Positions 35,489-45,372 of a DNA stretch of 64,000 bases are shown here, piece by piece (within the stretch, counting starts at the first letter, position 1; each line of letters opens with the position of its first letter). The notes beneath the pieces were generated by a model. It ran no database searches and had not been told where the DNA came from. It saw nothing but the letters and a program-made list of their open reading frames with translations. The DNA is taken from the IMG/VR virus record IMGVR_UViG_3300050120_000230, positions 150,325-214,324 of that record; one strand, given 5' to 3'. The translations under genes and the position numbers were made by a program. Source of the stretch: a virus.

Positions 35489-36175
35489 ATGTTCGTCGAA
35501 GACATCATCAACGATCTGGCTCACCGGATTGCCGCAGCAGATAAGGACCCCGTTGGGGCCGCTCTGCGCGAGGACCCGTGGACGCAAAAGTTCGTGGAAA
35601 GCCTGCAAGGCTCGGTGAAGTCTGGACGTGCTCTTTCGACAGAGCAAGGCCGAGTTTTCTTGAACGTGTTGCGGCGCCTGAAGCGCCAGTGCGGTGGCCC
35701 GGTAAGCGGCATGTCTGCCGAACTGCTCGATCAGTTTCTATTGGCGCCTCGCTTTCGAAACCCACCGTATCAATCCACGCCGGTGAAGAAAGAGGTTCGC
35801 TACCTCGGGGACAATAAGCTGGGATTTCGTTGCAAACGATCCGATGAGATCATGCACGACATCAAAGCCATGTCTAATCGTGGCCGCGATAGCACTTGGA
35901 AAGAACAACACCGCCCATACTTCAATCGGCAGCACAAGTTGTGGGTGATCTCCATCACCGCTGACACCTACCAAAGCGTGGTCAAACTGATCGGCAGTCA
36001 TGGCTTCGACGCTGACGACGCGGTGATCGAATATCTCGCATTGGCAGACAGCAGTCGAGGCCAAGCCAGCACCTTTGTTCTCGATGATACGACGGGCTCC
36101 ATTGTCGTCAACATCTGTGACAATCCTGTGCTCGAAAGCTGGGTCAAGCGCGTGATCTTTGGGGAAATCCTGTGA
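35489..36175 (+). CDS. hypothetical protein
   Basis: 228-aa ORF, first of a long plus-strand coupled gene block. Confidence 0.5.
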   Translation: MFVEDIINDLAHRIAAADKDPVGAALREDPWTQKFVESLQGSVKSGRALSTEQGRVFLNVLRRLKRQCGGPVSGMSAELLDQFLLAPRFRNPPYQSTPVKKEVRYLGDNKLGFRCKRSDEIMHDIKAMSNRGRDSTWKEQHRPYFNRQHKLWVISITADTYQSVVKLIGSHGFDADDAVIEYLALADSSRGQASTFVLDDTTGSIVVNICDNPVLESWVKRVIFGEIL

Positions 36176-36960
36176 ACCAAGATTTTCTCATCTCTGGTTC
36201 ACCGGGCATGGCACGCCGTCTTGTGCAATTGGCTTCCGTTTGCACAATCAATCTCGATCCTGCGGTCGTCGCTCTGGCTGGCACTGGCTTCCTGACTGAC
36301 GAAGATTTCGCGCCATATCCGAAGCTTTCGCTGACCGAACGCTCAGCCGTTCAGCGCATCATCGACTTCGAATTCCGTTGTGTGTTCCCGGCCCAAGGAA
36401 CAGTCGGTGGCATGGTGCTATTGGCGGCAGCGAAACTCGCCAAGATCGAACCGATCTTCGTGCTCACGCGCCGTGAACGCTACTGGCAATCCTTCGCCGA
36501 AGAGATGAAAATCCCGCCCGAGAATCTCGTGATGATGACGCGCATTGATCGTCGCAAAGGGCCGGACCCCGACCTGATCCGTGACCGTCGCCATGGTCTA
36601 TTGATCGTGGACGAGATGATGGACTCACTGGAATCCTCGATCCTCGCCATGGATTTCCAGAAGACGGTTATTCTCTCCAATCGACGACTCATCACCGATC
36701 TCACACAGGCGATCACCGTGCTCTCGCCGGACTCACCGACCGACCTTCTCACCAACATCAATCCGTATTTCAAGAAAGACTTGGCGGCGGCTGGCTTCAA
36801 GACGACACGCCGCGAAGATTTGGCGTTCATGCTGGGTGTCGTCACCGATCTCATGGTGTTCACCTCCGAGCCTGATCCCGAAGACATCGAGATCGACCCC
36901 GAACTGTTTGCCCGGTTGGAGCGCAATGTGGCGCTCGGCCACCTCCGTTTGGACGGCTGA
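36172..36960 (+). CDS. hypothetical protein
   Basis: 262-aa ORF overlapping upstream stop. Confidence 0.5.
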   Translation: MNQDFLISGSPGMARRLVQLASVCTINLDPAVVALAGTGFLTDEDFAPYPKLSLTERSAVQRIIDFEFRCVFPAQGTVGGMVLLAAAKLAKIEPIFVLTRRERYWQSFAEEMKIPPENLVMMTRIDRRKGPDPDLIRDRRHGLLIVDEMMDSLESSILAMDFQKTVILSNRRLITDLTQAITVLSPDSPTDLLTNINPYFKKDLAAAGFKTTRREDLAFMLGVVTDLMVFTSEPDPEDIEIDPELFARLERNVALGHLRLDG

Positions 36961-37100
36961 TCTTCATAAATAAGTATATGTAAAAGCTCGATATTTTCGA
37001 GCAAAGGTCTAGCTAGTATTTCTGACTAGACAGAAGATATTGCATTTCAAGTTCCTCAGCAATTACGCTGAGGCTATTCATTTTTACTGGTATATTTTAA

Positions 37101-38558
37101 GTGAAAACTGCTGTTCTCAAGATCAGCGACCAAGTCAACTGCAAGCTAGAGGGCCTAGAGCCTGAAGTTCGCCGCAAGATTTCGGACGCCTGCAAATATT
37201 TCGTGCCCTACGCTCGCCATATGCCCGCTTTCAAGCTCGGGCGGTGGGACGGGAAGATTGCGTTCGCGTCCATCGGCGGCAGCACGTTCATCAATATGCT
37301 TGATCGCATCCTGCCGTTGGTGATCGAAGCGGGTTACGACATTCAGGTTGATGATCGTCGTCCGAGCTACAGTTTTGAGTTCCCTGAGATCACGGAAGAC
37401 ATGCTGGCCGAAAAGGTCTGGCCGGAAGGTCACCCTATTGCTGGGCAGTCGATCATGCTGCGCGACTATCAGGTGCAGGCGATCAAGACCTATCTCGACA
37501 ACCTGCAATCCATTCAGTCGATCTCTACCGGCGCCGGTAAGACGCTGCTGACGGCCACGCTGTCGTCGCTGATTGAGCCCTACGGCCGCTCCATTGTCAT
37601 TGTGCCGAACAAGAGCCTCGTCGAGCAAACCGAGGAAGATTACCTGAACCTTGGCCTCGACGTGGGCGTGTTCTACGGCGACCGCAAGGAATGGGGCAAG
37701 ACCCACACCATCTGCACATGGCAGAGCCTCGGAGCGTTTTCCAAGAAGACCAAAGCAGGCGAAGCCGACATTCCGATTCACGACTTCCTTGACGGTGTGG
37801 TCTGCGTAATGGTGGATGAAGTGCACTCGGCCAAGGCTGACGTGCTGAAAGACCTGTTGACTGGGCCGATGGCTCACATCCCGATCCGGTGGGGCCTTAC
37901 CGGCACCATCCCGAAGGAAGACTTCGAATATATGTCGCTGGCGGTTTCGCTCGGCCCGGTGGTCGGTGAAATCAAGGCATCGGACCTGCAAGCGCAGGGT
38001 GTCCTTGCACAGTGTCAGGTTGAAGTGCTTCAACTTCAGGACGAGGGTGAGTTCGGGACCTACCCAGACGAATACGAGTTTCTCACGTCTGACAAGACGC
38101 GTCTCGATTACATCGCCGCCCAGTGCAAGAAATTTGCGCTCGAAGGCAACACCCTGATCCTCGTGGATCGTATCGAGTGCGGAAAATATCTGCGCGACGC
38201 AATTGGCGATGAAGCGGTGTTCGTCTCTGGCGAAGTGAAGACCAAAGATCGTCGCAAGGAATACAAGGAAGTCCAGACTTCCGAAGGCAAGATCATCATC
38301 GCCACTTATGGCGTTGCGGCGGTCGGTATCAACATCCCGCGCATCTTCAATCTCGTGCTGATCGAGGCTGGAAAGAGTTTTGTCCGCGTCATCCAATCCA
38401 TCGGCCGGGGCATCCGTAAGGCAGAGGACAAGGACTTCGTCCAAATCTACGACATCACGTCGTCGATGAAGTTCTCGGCACGTCACCTCACCAAGCGGAA
38501 GGGTTTCTACAAAGACGCCAACTATCCGTATCACGTCACGAAGGTGAACTACCGGTGA
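37101..38558 (+). CDS. uvsW: UvsW-like SF2 DNA helicase
   Basis: Walker A STGAGKTLL, DEVH box MVDEVHSA; C-terminal VSGEVKTKDRRKEYKEVQTSEGKIIIATYGVAAVGINIP...IQSIGRGIRK closely parallels T4 UvsW; N-terminal KLGRWDGKIAF parallels T4 RYGNWDGRIRL. Confidence 0.85.
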   Translation: MKTAVLKISDQVNCKLEGLEPEVRRKISDACKYFVPYARHMPAFKLGRWDGKIAFASIGGSTFINMLDRILPLVIEAGYDIQVDDRRPSYSFEFPEITEDMLAEKVWPEGHPIAGQSIMLRDYQVQAIKTYLDNLQSIQSISTGAGKTLLTATLSSLIEPYGRSIVIVPNKSLVEQTEEDYLNLGLDVGVFYGDRKEWGKTHTICTWQSLGAFSKKTKAGEADIPIHDFLDGVVCVMVDEVHSAKADVLKDLLTGPMAHIPIRWGLTGTIPKEDFEYMSLAVSLGPVVGEIKASDLQAQGVLAQCQVEVLQLQDEGEFGTYPDEYEFLTSDKTRLDYIAAQCKKFALEGNTLILVDRIECGKYLRDAIGDEAVFVSGEVKTKDRRKEYKEVQTSEGKIIIATYGVAAVGINIPRIFNLVLIEAGKSFVRVIQSIGRGIRKAEDKDFVQIYDITSSMKFSARHLTKRKGFYKDANYPYHVTKVNYR

Positions 38559-38977
38559 CCATTGATCTAAGCAAACTGGCTTTGAAACCCGGAAGCCCTC
38601 CCGTCCACTTGTGGCGTGATCCGAACCCAGTTCCTTTTCCAAGAAAAACAACGCCCGTGACTCGAAAGGCTCCGGCTTTCGTCATAAGCACAAAATCATA
38701 TTCCGACGATGATCTTGTGCGAGATGAGATGGGATTGAGGCAAGTATATGCATCCGCCGTGATTTTGGTTTTCGATCACGAAGGAAATGGCAAATACGTT
38801 TTTCGGTTCGTGAAAAACAGACATGCGTCCGATTTTGTAGAGACGGAGTATTACGAAAGACTTCGATCTACTATCACCGGAAATTTGACGTTTTATCCAA
38901 CCTCTGCGGAATACGAGTTTGGGTCCTTGGTAATGGACGTGGTTGCGTTCATTGACATGAGGGCAAAATATCCATGA
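38555..38977 (+). CDS. hypothetical protein
   Basis: coupled to uvsW stop. Confidence 0.45.
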   Translation: MTIDLSKLALKPGSPPVHLWRDPNPVPFPRKTTPVTRKAPAFVISTKSYSDDDLVRDEMGLRQVYASAVILVFDHEGNGKYVFRFVKNRHASDFVETEYYERLRSTITGNLTFYPTSAEYEFGSLVMDVVAFIDMRAKYP

Positions 38978-39354
38978 CCCGTGAAAACTCAGTCGAACGT
39001 CTGCTTGCCCGCGTAGATGAGATCGTGGACTTCACGCCGTATTTTCCGAACACGATTGTTGTCGTGCCGCACAGCGATTTTCGTGGAGTGGTGGCCAATG
39101 CGTTGATCGATGCATACACCAAAGCCGGGCAATATCTGAAGTGGGCCAGAATTGGCACCGTGGGCAACTACGATTTCTTGACCCAGATTTTCACCGTCTC
39201 CACGAATGCACTGCGCGGGCGGACGGTCGATACTCTCTACATGCCACCGCCGGATGGACTGACAAAAAATCAACTTCATCACTACAATGAGATGATGAAC
39301 TCCATGTATCCCGTCATATCGTCGATGCGCTTCTCAAGACTATACGTGTATTAA
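38974..39354 (+). CDS. hypothetical protein
   Basis: 126-aa ORF. Confidence 0.45.
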   Translation: MTRENSVERLLARVDEIVDFTPYFPNTIVVVPHSDFRGVVANALIDAYTKAGQYLKWARIGTVGNYDFLTQIFTVSTNALRGRTVDTLYMPPPDGLTKNQLHHYNEMMNSMYPVISSMRFSRLYVY

Positions 39355-39390
39355 ATTGCACCGGAGTCAACGACTTAGTATAGTCAACTC

Positions 39391-39930
39391 TTGTTCGGGC
39401 AATATTCCGCCCTTTCTAGGAGTAACATGAGAATCCTTCTTCCTGATAACATCTCCTTCAACATGGAAGAGGTGCCTAACCAAGTAGACGATCTTCGGTA
39501 TTGTGTCCTTGATTACTCAAACCAAGCCGATGTTGATTTCTACTTCATTCCGTTGATTTTCTTGGACCAGTTCCCTCGTCCGGCGGCCGATCTTCAGATT
39601 GGAAATTATCGAATCCAAATGCCACTCGATTGGTCGATCATCATCGCGGACAAACATCTTGGCGCCATGGAGATCGTGGAACTCAAGCACCTCAACGACC
39701 GTGACTTCGACGCTTTCGTGCTCAATCCGATCAATGGCTACATGCCGCAGTTCCTTGAGATCACGATACAAAACGTCTTTCCAGACGTGACGTGGAATAT
39801 CCCGAAGTTGAAGCGCGGCCACATTCTAGCTGTCCCACTGTCAGACACGCCGGGAGCACCCTGTGCTTTCTTCGTGAAAGACACCAACAAGTTGCCCGAT
39901 GGGCTCGACATCTCAAAGGTCTTCGCATGA
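39391..39930 (+). CDS. hypothetical protein
   Basis: 179-aa ORF with AGGAG RBS. Confidence 0.45.
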   Translation: MFGQYSALSRSNMRILLPDNISFNMEEVPNQVDDLRYCVLDYSNQADVDFYFIPLIFLDQFPRPAADLQIGNYRIQMPLDWSIIIADKHLGAMEIVELKHLNDRDFDAFVLNPINGYMPQFLEITIQNVFPDVTWNIPKLKRGHILAVPLSDTPGAPCAFFVKDTNKLPDGLDISKVFA

Positions 39931-40118
39931 CGAACTCTGACATCACCTTCCAACAGTGGCTTGCTGAAATCGACAAGCTTGCCGCCGCCGAAGGTTGCAC
40001 CACTCCCTACACTCAACAGACCGGTTACGAATGCTGGGCAGACGCTTACGCCGATGGTGTCAGCGCAGCCGAAGCATGGTCCGAAGAGAAGGCGTGCGGC
40101 GCCTACGACGTAGCTTAA
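39927..40118 (+). CDS. small hypothetical protein
   Basis: ATGA-coupled 63-aa ORF. Confidence 0.35.
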   Translation: MTNSDITFQQWLAEIDKLAAAEGCTTPYTQQTGYECWADAYADGVSAAEAWSEEKACGAYDVA

Positions 40119-40140
40119 CCTCCAACCCCGAAAGCAAGAC

Positions 40141-40629
40141 ATGACACGCACTGAACTCGAAACGCTCATCACCCAATACGAAAACCAAGTCGGTCGGGGC
40201 AAGATGGACAACGCGGCGCTGACACTCGCCGAAATCATCCGCAGTCTTGCGGATGTGATCCTCCCCCAAGAGGCCAAGCTGAACCCGCCGCCGTGCGCGC
40301 CGTGTGACGTGTCGATCCCGAACAATCCGGTCTTGATCGATCAGTTCAAGTCCACGATCAGCGTGGACGTGCCTGAAGCCGAACCTGTCGTTGAACCGGT
40401 GGTTGAGCCCGAACCTGTGATCGAACCGGTCATTGAAGCACCGGCCGAACCCGTTGTCGAAGTTGAGACAGTGATCGAAGCGCCGGTCGAAGAGACGGCT
40501 GACTCGACAGTCGATGCAGCGGACGAAGAGCCCACTGAAGAAGCGGCGGCTGAAGAGCCTGCCGCTGAGGTCACTGCCGAAGACGGCGTCGATCCCGCAC
40601 CCAAGACGCCGAAAAAGCCGAAAGCCTAA
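40141..40629 (+). CDS. Pro/Glu/Val-rich repeat protein
   Basis: periodic EPVVEPVVEPEPVIEPVIEAPAEPVVEVETVIEAPVEE tract followed by acidic tail and KTPKKPKA. Confidence 0.5.
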   Translation: MTRTELETLITQYENQVGRGKMDNAALTLAEIIRSLADVILPQEAKLNPPPCAPCDVSIPNNPVLIDQFKSTISVDVPEAEPVVEPVVEPEPVIEPVIEAPAEPVVEVETVIEAPVEETADSTVDAADEEPTEEAAAEEPAAEVTAEDGVDPAPKTPKKPKA

Positions 40630-40781
40630 CCCGGTTGGAAAACATCTCCCCGCGAGAAAGAATGATCCTCGCGGGGAGATGGAGCAACCAAACAGCGGGA
40701 GACTGTCGGAAAAATTGACACTGGCGTCTACCGGTATTTATGCTGATATGGTAAACGAGTTTCGATAAGGCGTATTTTCCC

Positions 40782-41312
40782 GTGGCAGCCCACAAGCTAG
40801 ACATCTTCGAAACGCTCGCAGCTATCGATAAGCGAGACGGGGAGTTCTACGCCCGCCTGCCTGAAGAAATGCAAAAAGGTTTCGCGCCACCGGTGGTGCT
40901 TCGCTGGGCAAGCGCCGCTGAAGGCCCGGCCGCCGAGCATTACATTTGGCTGGTCAACGACCGGGCCAATGTGAACTTCCACGACATTTGGGAACACCCC
41001 GAGCTTCAATATAAGCTCTTGGCCTCCTGCGGCTATGGCCGGGGTCAGCGCCACCAGTGGATTCCGATGGTCGGAAAAAATGCTAAATCCGATCAGGTGA
41101 GGGAGTTCCTCTGGCAGTTTTGGCCCGATGCGAACGCCATGGAATTGGACATCCTGTTCAAGCAATTCACTGACGAAACGTTTGAAGATTTTGTGCTGTC
41201 GAGCGGATGCGCGCCAGACGAAGCCAAGGAGATTTTGAAAGCATATGGGCGTCTCACAGGTAAGACCGCAGCTAAACCCAAAGGCAAAAAAGGCAAGTCC
41301 GCCATCGCCTGA
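40782..41312 (+). CDS. hypothetical protein
   Basis: 176-aa ORF. Confidence 0.45.
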   Translation: MAAHKLDIFETLAAIDKRDGEFYARLPEEMQKGFAPPVVLRWASAAEGPAAEHYIWLVNDRANVNFHDIWEHPELQYKLLASCGYGRGQRHQWIPMVGKNAKSDQVREFLWQFWPDANAMELDILFKQFTDETFEDFVLSSGCAPDEAKEILKAYGRLTGKTAAKPKGKKGKSAIA

Positions 41313-41982
41313 GTTTACCTGTGACTACTGTAAGAAGTCCTACGTGAATGAGAGGACGTTTCTCGTTCATATGTGCGAACCCAAGCGCCGTTGGCTCGAT
41401 CAAGACGCCAAGCATGTGAAGCTCGGGTTCTTCGTTTTCCAACGGTTCCACGAGGTGAACTACAAGGGTCGCCGAGAGAAGACATTCGACGATTTCATGC
41501 AGAGCCAATTCTACACATCGTTCACAAAATTTGGACGATATCTGCTGAACGTCAATGCCATCAATCCCAAGGGGTTCATCGACTTCCTAATCAGGACGGA
41601 AGTGAAGCTCAACAAGTGGGAAAGCCCTCTCGTCTACGAAACCTACGTGAGGGAGTTGAACAAGAAAGAAACGCCTGACGCGGCCATCGAGCGGAACTTC
41701 CTCTTGATGCAGCAGTGGGCGAATGACACCGGCGAACCTTGGACGGATTTCTTTCGCAAGATCGAACCGGCCTTGGCCACCAATTGGATCAGATCGGGCC
41801 GTATCAGCCCGTGGATTTTGTTCACTGCGTCGAGCGCGAAAGACCTGTTCGCTCGGCTGTCGGATGAGCAATTGGCTCTGGTCCAGAAAAACATCGATCC
41901 AGACTTTTGGAGCTTCAAGCTCGAAAAGGCCGGAGACGATGTGGGATTCATCCGCGAGCAGCTAGACGCAGCGGGTCTGTAA
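41245..41982 (+). CDS. hypothetical protein (start uncertain)
   Basis: 245-aa ORF overlapping the previous ORF by 68 nt; probably starts at a downstream Met. Confidence 0.4.
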   Translation: MGVSQVRPQLNPKAKKASPPSPEFTCDYCKKSYVNERTFLVHMCEPKRRWLDQDAKHVKLGFFVFQRFHEVNYKGRREKTFDDFMQSQFYTSFTKFGRYLLNVNAINPKGFIDFLIRTEVKLNKWESPLVYETYVRELNKKETPDAAIERNFLLMQQWANDTGEPWTDFFRKIEPALATNWIRSGRISPWILFTASSAKDLFARLSDEQLALVQKNIDPDFWSFKLEKAGDDVGFIREQLDAAGL

Positions 41983-41992
41983 GGGGACGACT

Positions 41993-42400
41993 TTGACACC
42001 GGAAGAGAAGGCCGCGCTGCTGGCCATGATGTATGAGCAGCCGGACGAAACCGAAAATACGGAAGACGGTCTGGACATTTTGAAGCGAGTGCGGCCGGAC
42101 GTGGATTACGATGATCCCAATCCTCCACCACTGGCGAGGCCGTTGACTGAGCCTCCCGGTGTCCGATTCGAAACGGATGGTCGATACGTCACATTGACGG
42201 TCGATGGTAAGAAGGTGAGCGTCGCCAGCGGGACCTATTGCAAGTCGCTCGAAAAGCGCATCGAGCAACAGGATCGATTGTTTCTGCAAATGAAATCGCA
42301 GGTTAAGGCAATGCGGCAATTGGTGAACCAGCACGTCGGTGAATTGAGCGACGTGTGGCGGGAACTGGATCGCAAGATCAACCTGCGTGATTTGCCATGA
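41993..42400 (+). CDS. hypothetical protein
   Basis: 135-aa ORF. Confidence 0.45.
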   Translation: MTPEEKAALLAMMYEQPDETENTEDGLDILKRVRPDVDYDDPNPPPLARPLTEPPGVRFETDGRYVTLTVDGKKVSVASGTYCKSLEKRIEQQDRLFLQMKSQVKAMRQLVNQHVGELSDVWRELDRKINLRDLP

Positions 42401-42861
42401 CCACGGTCATCTTGAACGATTTCGTTACGGATAGCCGAACGGCTATCCTGTTCAACTACCCGCAGGACTTCCAGCGGGTGAACACTTTTTGGGAGACGGA
42501 GGATCAGCTTCTCACCAACCTGCAAGGTAACGAAGCGTTCAAGGATCGAACGCGATGGTGTGATCTGTCGCCGACCCATTTTCGTTTCCTCATCATGTCG
42601 AACCTGAACAAGGTTTCGGCTCTGAACGACGACGAACGTGGCGACCCGAACAACATCATCATGGCCAGCCTGACGTTCCTGCTGACGGGCTTCATCAAGT
42701 GCCTTGAGACGCGGACGGAGAGCACGCTCGAACTCATGCGTATCAATCGTCTTGGCGATCATGAGGTGCTCTACGACTATGCCGGGAGCATCAACATGAG
42801 CCTCGAATCACTTCGCCCAAAATCCGGCCTTCGGGTCATCGTGGACAATACCGGGGCCTAA
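42397..42861 (+). CDS. hypothetical protein
   Basis: 154-aa ORF. Confidence 0.45.
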   Translation: MTTVILNDFVTDSRTAILFNYPQDFQRVNTFWETEDQLLTNLQGNEAFKDRTRWCDLSPTHFRFLIMSNLNKVSALNDDERGDPNNIIMASLTFLLTGFIKCLETRTESTLELMRINRLGDHEVLYDYAGSINMSLESLRPKSGLRVIVDNTGA

Positions 42862-43245
42862 ATGTCGATCAAAGATATGCCGATGGGTGGCAACGTTAAG
42901 ATTTTCACGATGACGAAAATCCCACCCAAGGTTGGCGTCCGCAGCCCCATGAATCGCGTGGGCAAGCCGTTCTACGACACGACGAAGGGCCACGACACGA
43001 TCACTGACATCACCAAAGAAATGTTCGAGAATTATTGGGGCGCCTCGATGCTTCGCAATGTGGGGTTCGAAGTTGTCCGAGTTTTTTCTATCCCGAATGG
43101 TGAGCGCGACAATCAAGAAACGATCATCAAGACCGTGAGAGCAGCGTGCAAAGGTAAGCTCGCTGCACTCGTGACCGATACCACCTTGAAAATCGCTCTC
43201 GAAAAAGAAGAGGACTCTGTCCTCCTGAAGATGTTCCTTGGATGA
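42862..43245 (+). CDS. hypothetical protein, weak family-like C-terminus (...EEDSVLLKMFLG)
   Basis: 127-aa ORF. Confidence 0.4.
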   Translation: MSIKDMPMGGNVKIFTMTKIPPKVGVRSPMNRVGKPFYDTTKGHDTITDITKEMFENYWGASMLRNVGFEVVRVFSIPNGERDNQETIIKTVRAACKGKLAALVTDTTLKIALEKEEDSVLLKMFLG

Positions 43246-43676
43246 CCTACGCCGTCAGCATCGCTGGCAACCAAGACAGCGTCCATTGGGATAGCATCAC
43301 CCGATGGGTCGAAGCCGTCGCTGGTCCACCCGGCGAACGCTGGTGTCTCTCCAACGACGACGAAGCCTCCATCTACATTTTCAAGCACCGAGCCCACGCC
43401 GAGCATTTCAAGCGAGTGTGGTCCTTCACGCCGCTGATTTTGGGTTACGAAGTGTGGGAAGAATTTTGCAATAGCCGTCTCAGCCGTGCAAGAGTGGATG
43501 ATTATTGGAGGCATCGAAAGTGGCTCCCGAAAGTGGTCTTGTTTTTCGACCGACCAAAGGCGGTAAGTTCGACATTCGGCGGACAGAGACATTTTTCGAT
43601 GCGGCATAAGTGTTGGTTCTTCGAAAACTACACCGATGCATGGCTATTCTGGATTGAGCATTACGAGGGCAAATAG
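43242..43676 (+). CDS. hypothetical protein, weak family-like motifs (IYIFKHRA..., DAWLFWIEHY)
   Basis: 144-aa ORF. Confidence 0.4.
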   Translation: MTYAVSIAGNQDSVHWDSITRWVEAVAGPPGERWCLSNDDEASIYIFKHRAHAEHFKRVWSFTPLILGYEVWEEFCNSRLSRARVDDYWRHRKWLPKVVLFFDRPKAVSSTFGGQRHFSMRHKCWFFENYTDAWLFWIEHYEGK

Positions 43677-44272
43677 TGCGCGTTACGACCGACATCGACA
43701 TCGATTTTGCCGACCGCGATATGGCGCTGGTTGGTCTGATGCATGTCGCCGCCAGCATGGAGCAGAAAGGTCAGCTTTCTCGTCACCCGACTGGGGTCTA
43801 CTTCCAGAACATCCCCACCGATCCGATCACGGGCTACTCGTCATTCAACTACGAGCAGGCGGCCGACAACGGCTATTTCAAGATCGACTTCCTCAACAAC
43901 TCGATCTACGGCGACGTGCGCGACGAAGAGCACCTCATTGCGTTGATGGCCGATCCCGACTGGGAAATGTTGGAGGTCGAAGAGATCGTGTCGATGCTCG
44001 CACACATCCACAACAGTTTCGGGTTGGTGAGCCAAATCCGACCCAAGAGCGTTGACGATCTGGCCGTTATCCTCGCGCTGATGCGGCCGGGCAAACGCCA
44101 CCTGATGAGTCGTTCACGCGAAGAAATCGCCGCCGAAATCTGGAAGACCGGACAAGATGGTTTCGTCTTCAAGCGTGCCCACGCGATTGCATATGCGGTT
44201 AGCATTGTCGTGCAACTCAATTTGCTTTGCGAAAAAACCGCCGCAGCAATCGATGAGGCTGCTGGCCAATGA
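43676..44272 (+). CDS. hypothetical protein
   Basis: 198-aa ORF. Confidence 0.45.
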   Translation: MRVTTDIDIDFADRDMALVGLMHVAASMEQKGQLSRHPTGVYFQNIPTDPITGYSSFNYEQAADNGYFKIDFLNNSIYGDVRDEEHLIALMADPDWEMLEVEEIVSMLAHIHNSFGLVSQIRPKSVDDLAVILALMRPGKRHLMSRSREEIAAEIWKTGQDGFVFKRAHAIAYAVSIVVQLNLLCEKTAAAIDEAAGQ

Positions 44273-44631
44273 ACACTTGCTACGTCGAGAATACCACTAG
44301 ACGCCCGATGACACTCTGTTATGACGTGATGAAGGGATGGCATCACCTCTACACAATGGAGATGATGAAACTCCAAAGTGGTGAACTCACACTCAACGCG
44401 GGGCGCTTTGCTTCGTTCGTCAGAGATGAGCAACCGCACACTGTCACTTTGCGCGTGGATGGCAATGGCGATCAAATGCAACGCCGTCTCGCGGAACTCA
44501 TCACATGGATCGCGGGCCAGCCGGGACTATGGTCTTTCACGTTGAACGCCGAAAGTGTCGGCCGCACGTCGATCACGTTTAGCTTCAATCACGTCACGAC
44601 CGCCGTGACGTTCAAACTGGTCTGGTTTTGA
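44269..44631 (+). CDS. paralog-family protein (...LITWIAGQPGLWSF...TTAVTFKLVWF)
   Basis: family module at C-terminus. Confidence 0.5.
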   Translation: MNTCYVENTTRRPMTLCYDVMKGWHHLYTMEMMKLQSGELTLNAGRFASFVRDEQPHTVTLRVDGNGDQMQRRLAELITWIAGQPGLWSFTLNAESVGRTSITFSFNHVTTAVTFKLVWF

Positions 44632-45350
44632 TGGGCAAAGTCATTCTCGTCCCCGCGATGTCGCGATTTGAAATCCCTGTCCCGGCCAATGGTGGCCAGT
44701 TCACCGGAATGTCGCACGTCTATCCAGTTCAGATGAACATGACATCGGGCTACAACGACGTGGTCGCTGGCGTGCAGTCGCATGTTCTGGCAGCGTCGGT
44801 GACGATTCAAGACCCGAAGACTGAATACCACTACCATGATCCAATGCTCAGCTATGCTGCGTTCTACAGCTTTTCAGGGTCTTCGGGCGGCACCAACATA
44901 ACCAGTCGAGCACTCGGCGGCGCCTCGCCGCTGATTCACCGGGTTGATGCGACCATGGTCCCGCGCATGTTCTGGGATCACACCGAAATTGAAGACATCG
45001 TCCACGAACGGTTCCATGGTCATTTGCTGGTTCAAATCAACAACCAGTCATCCGATTACCGTGAGCCATCGACTTGGAATTTCTGTGCGGCCGATGGTCG
45101 AGATAACGCGGCCTTGTCTGATATGTTGACCCGCCGCAAATCGAACAAGCTGGAATCGCACAAGGGACTGAGAACTGAGGTCGCCGCGTGGCTTCGAGCT
45201 AATGCGACCGACTACGATCTCTTCGATGCGGCCCATTTCGCCGAGCCGAATGACGAGGTTTACATTCGCAACGCGACCGAAGCGATCCACTTCAAAATGA
45301 AGTGGCACAAACAAGAGCCGGACCCCGAGGAAATCGAGGTTCCGTTCTAG
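44628..45350 (+). CDS. paralog-family protein (...VAAWLRANATDYDLF...ATEAIHFKMKW) with short C-terminal tail
   Basis: 240-aa ORF. Confidence 0.5.
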   Translation: MMGKVILVPAMSRFEIPVPANGGQFTGMSHVYPVQMNMTSGYNDVVAGVQSHVLAASVTIQDPKTEYHYHDPMLSYAAFYSFSGSSGGTNITSRALGGASPLIHRVDATMVPRMFWDHTEIEDIVHERFHGHLLVQINNQSSDYREPSTWNFCAADGRDNAALSDMLTRRKSNKLESHKGLRTEVAAWLRANATDYDLFDAAHFAEPNDEVYIRNATEAIHFKMKWHKQEPDPEEIEVPF

Positions 45351-45372
45351 CGATTTTGGTTGACCAAAATCA
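45351..45372. promoter_or_regulatory. best example of the recurrent dyad motif ATTTTGGTTGACCAAAAT (candidate operator/promoter element)
   Basis: near-perfect 18-bp dyad; related copies at about 8406, 11835, 16237, 17897, 18896, 26478, 28343, 34821, 35437, 47903, 50512, 56517. Confidence 0.4.

Noticed and set aside
37155-38651. 498-aa minus-strand ORF antisense to the UvsW helicase gene; similarly 48566..49852, 49828..50478, 31553..32401, 24430..25419 and 27504..28334 antisense to confident genes
   Set aside because: High-GC antisense frames lacking stops; the sense genes have clear conserved motifs.
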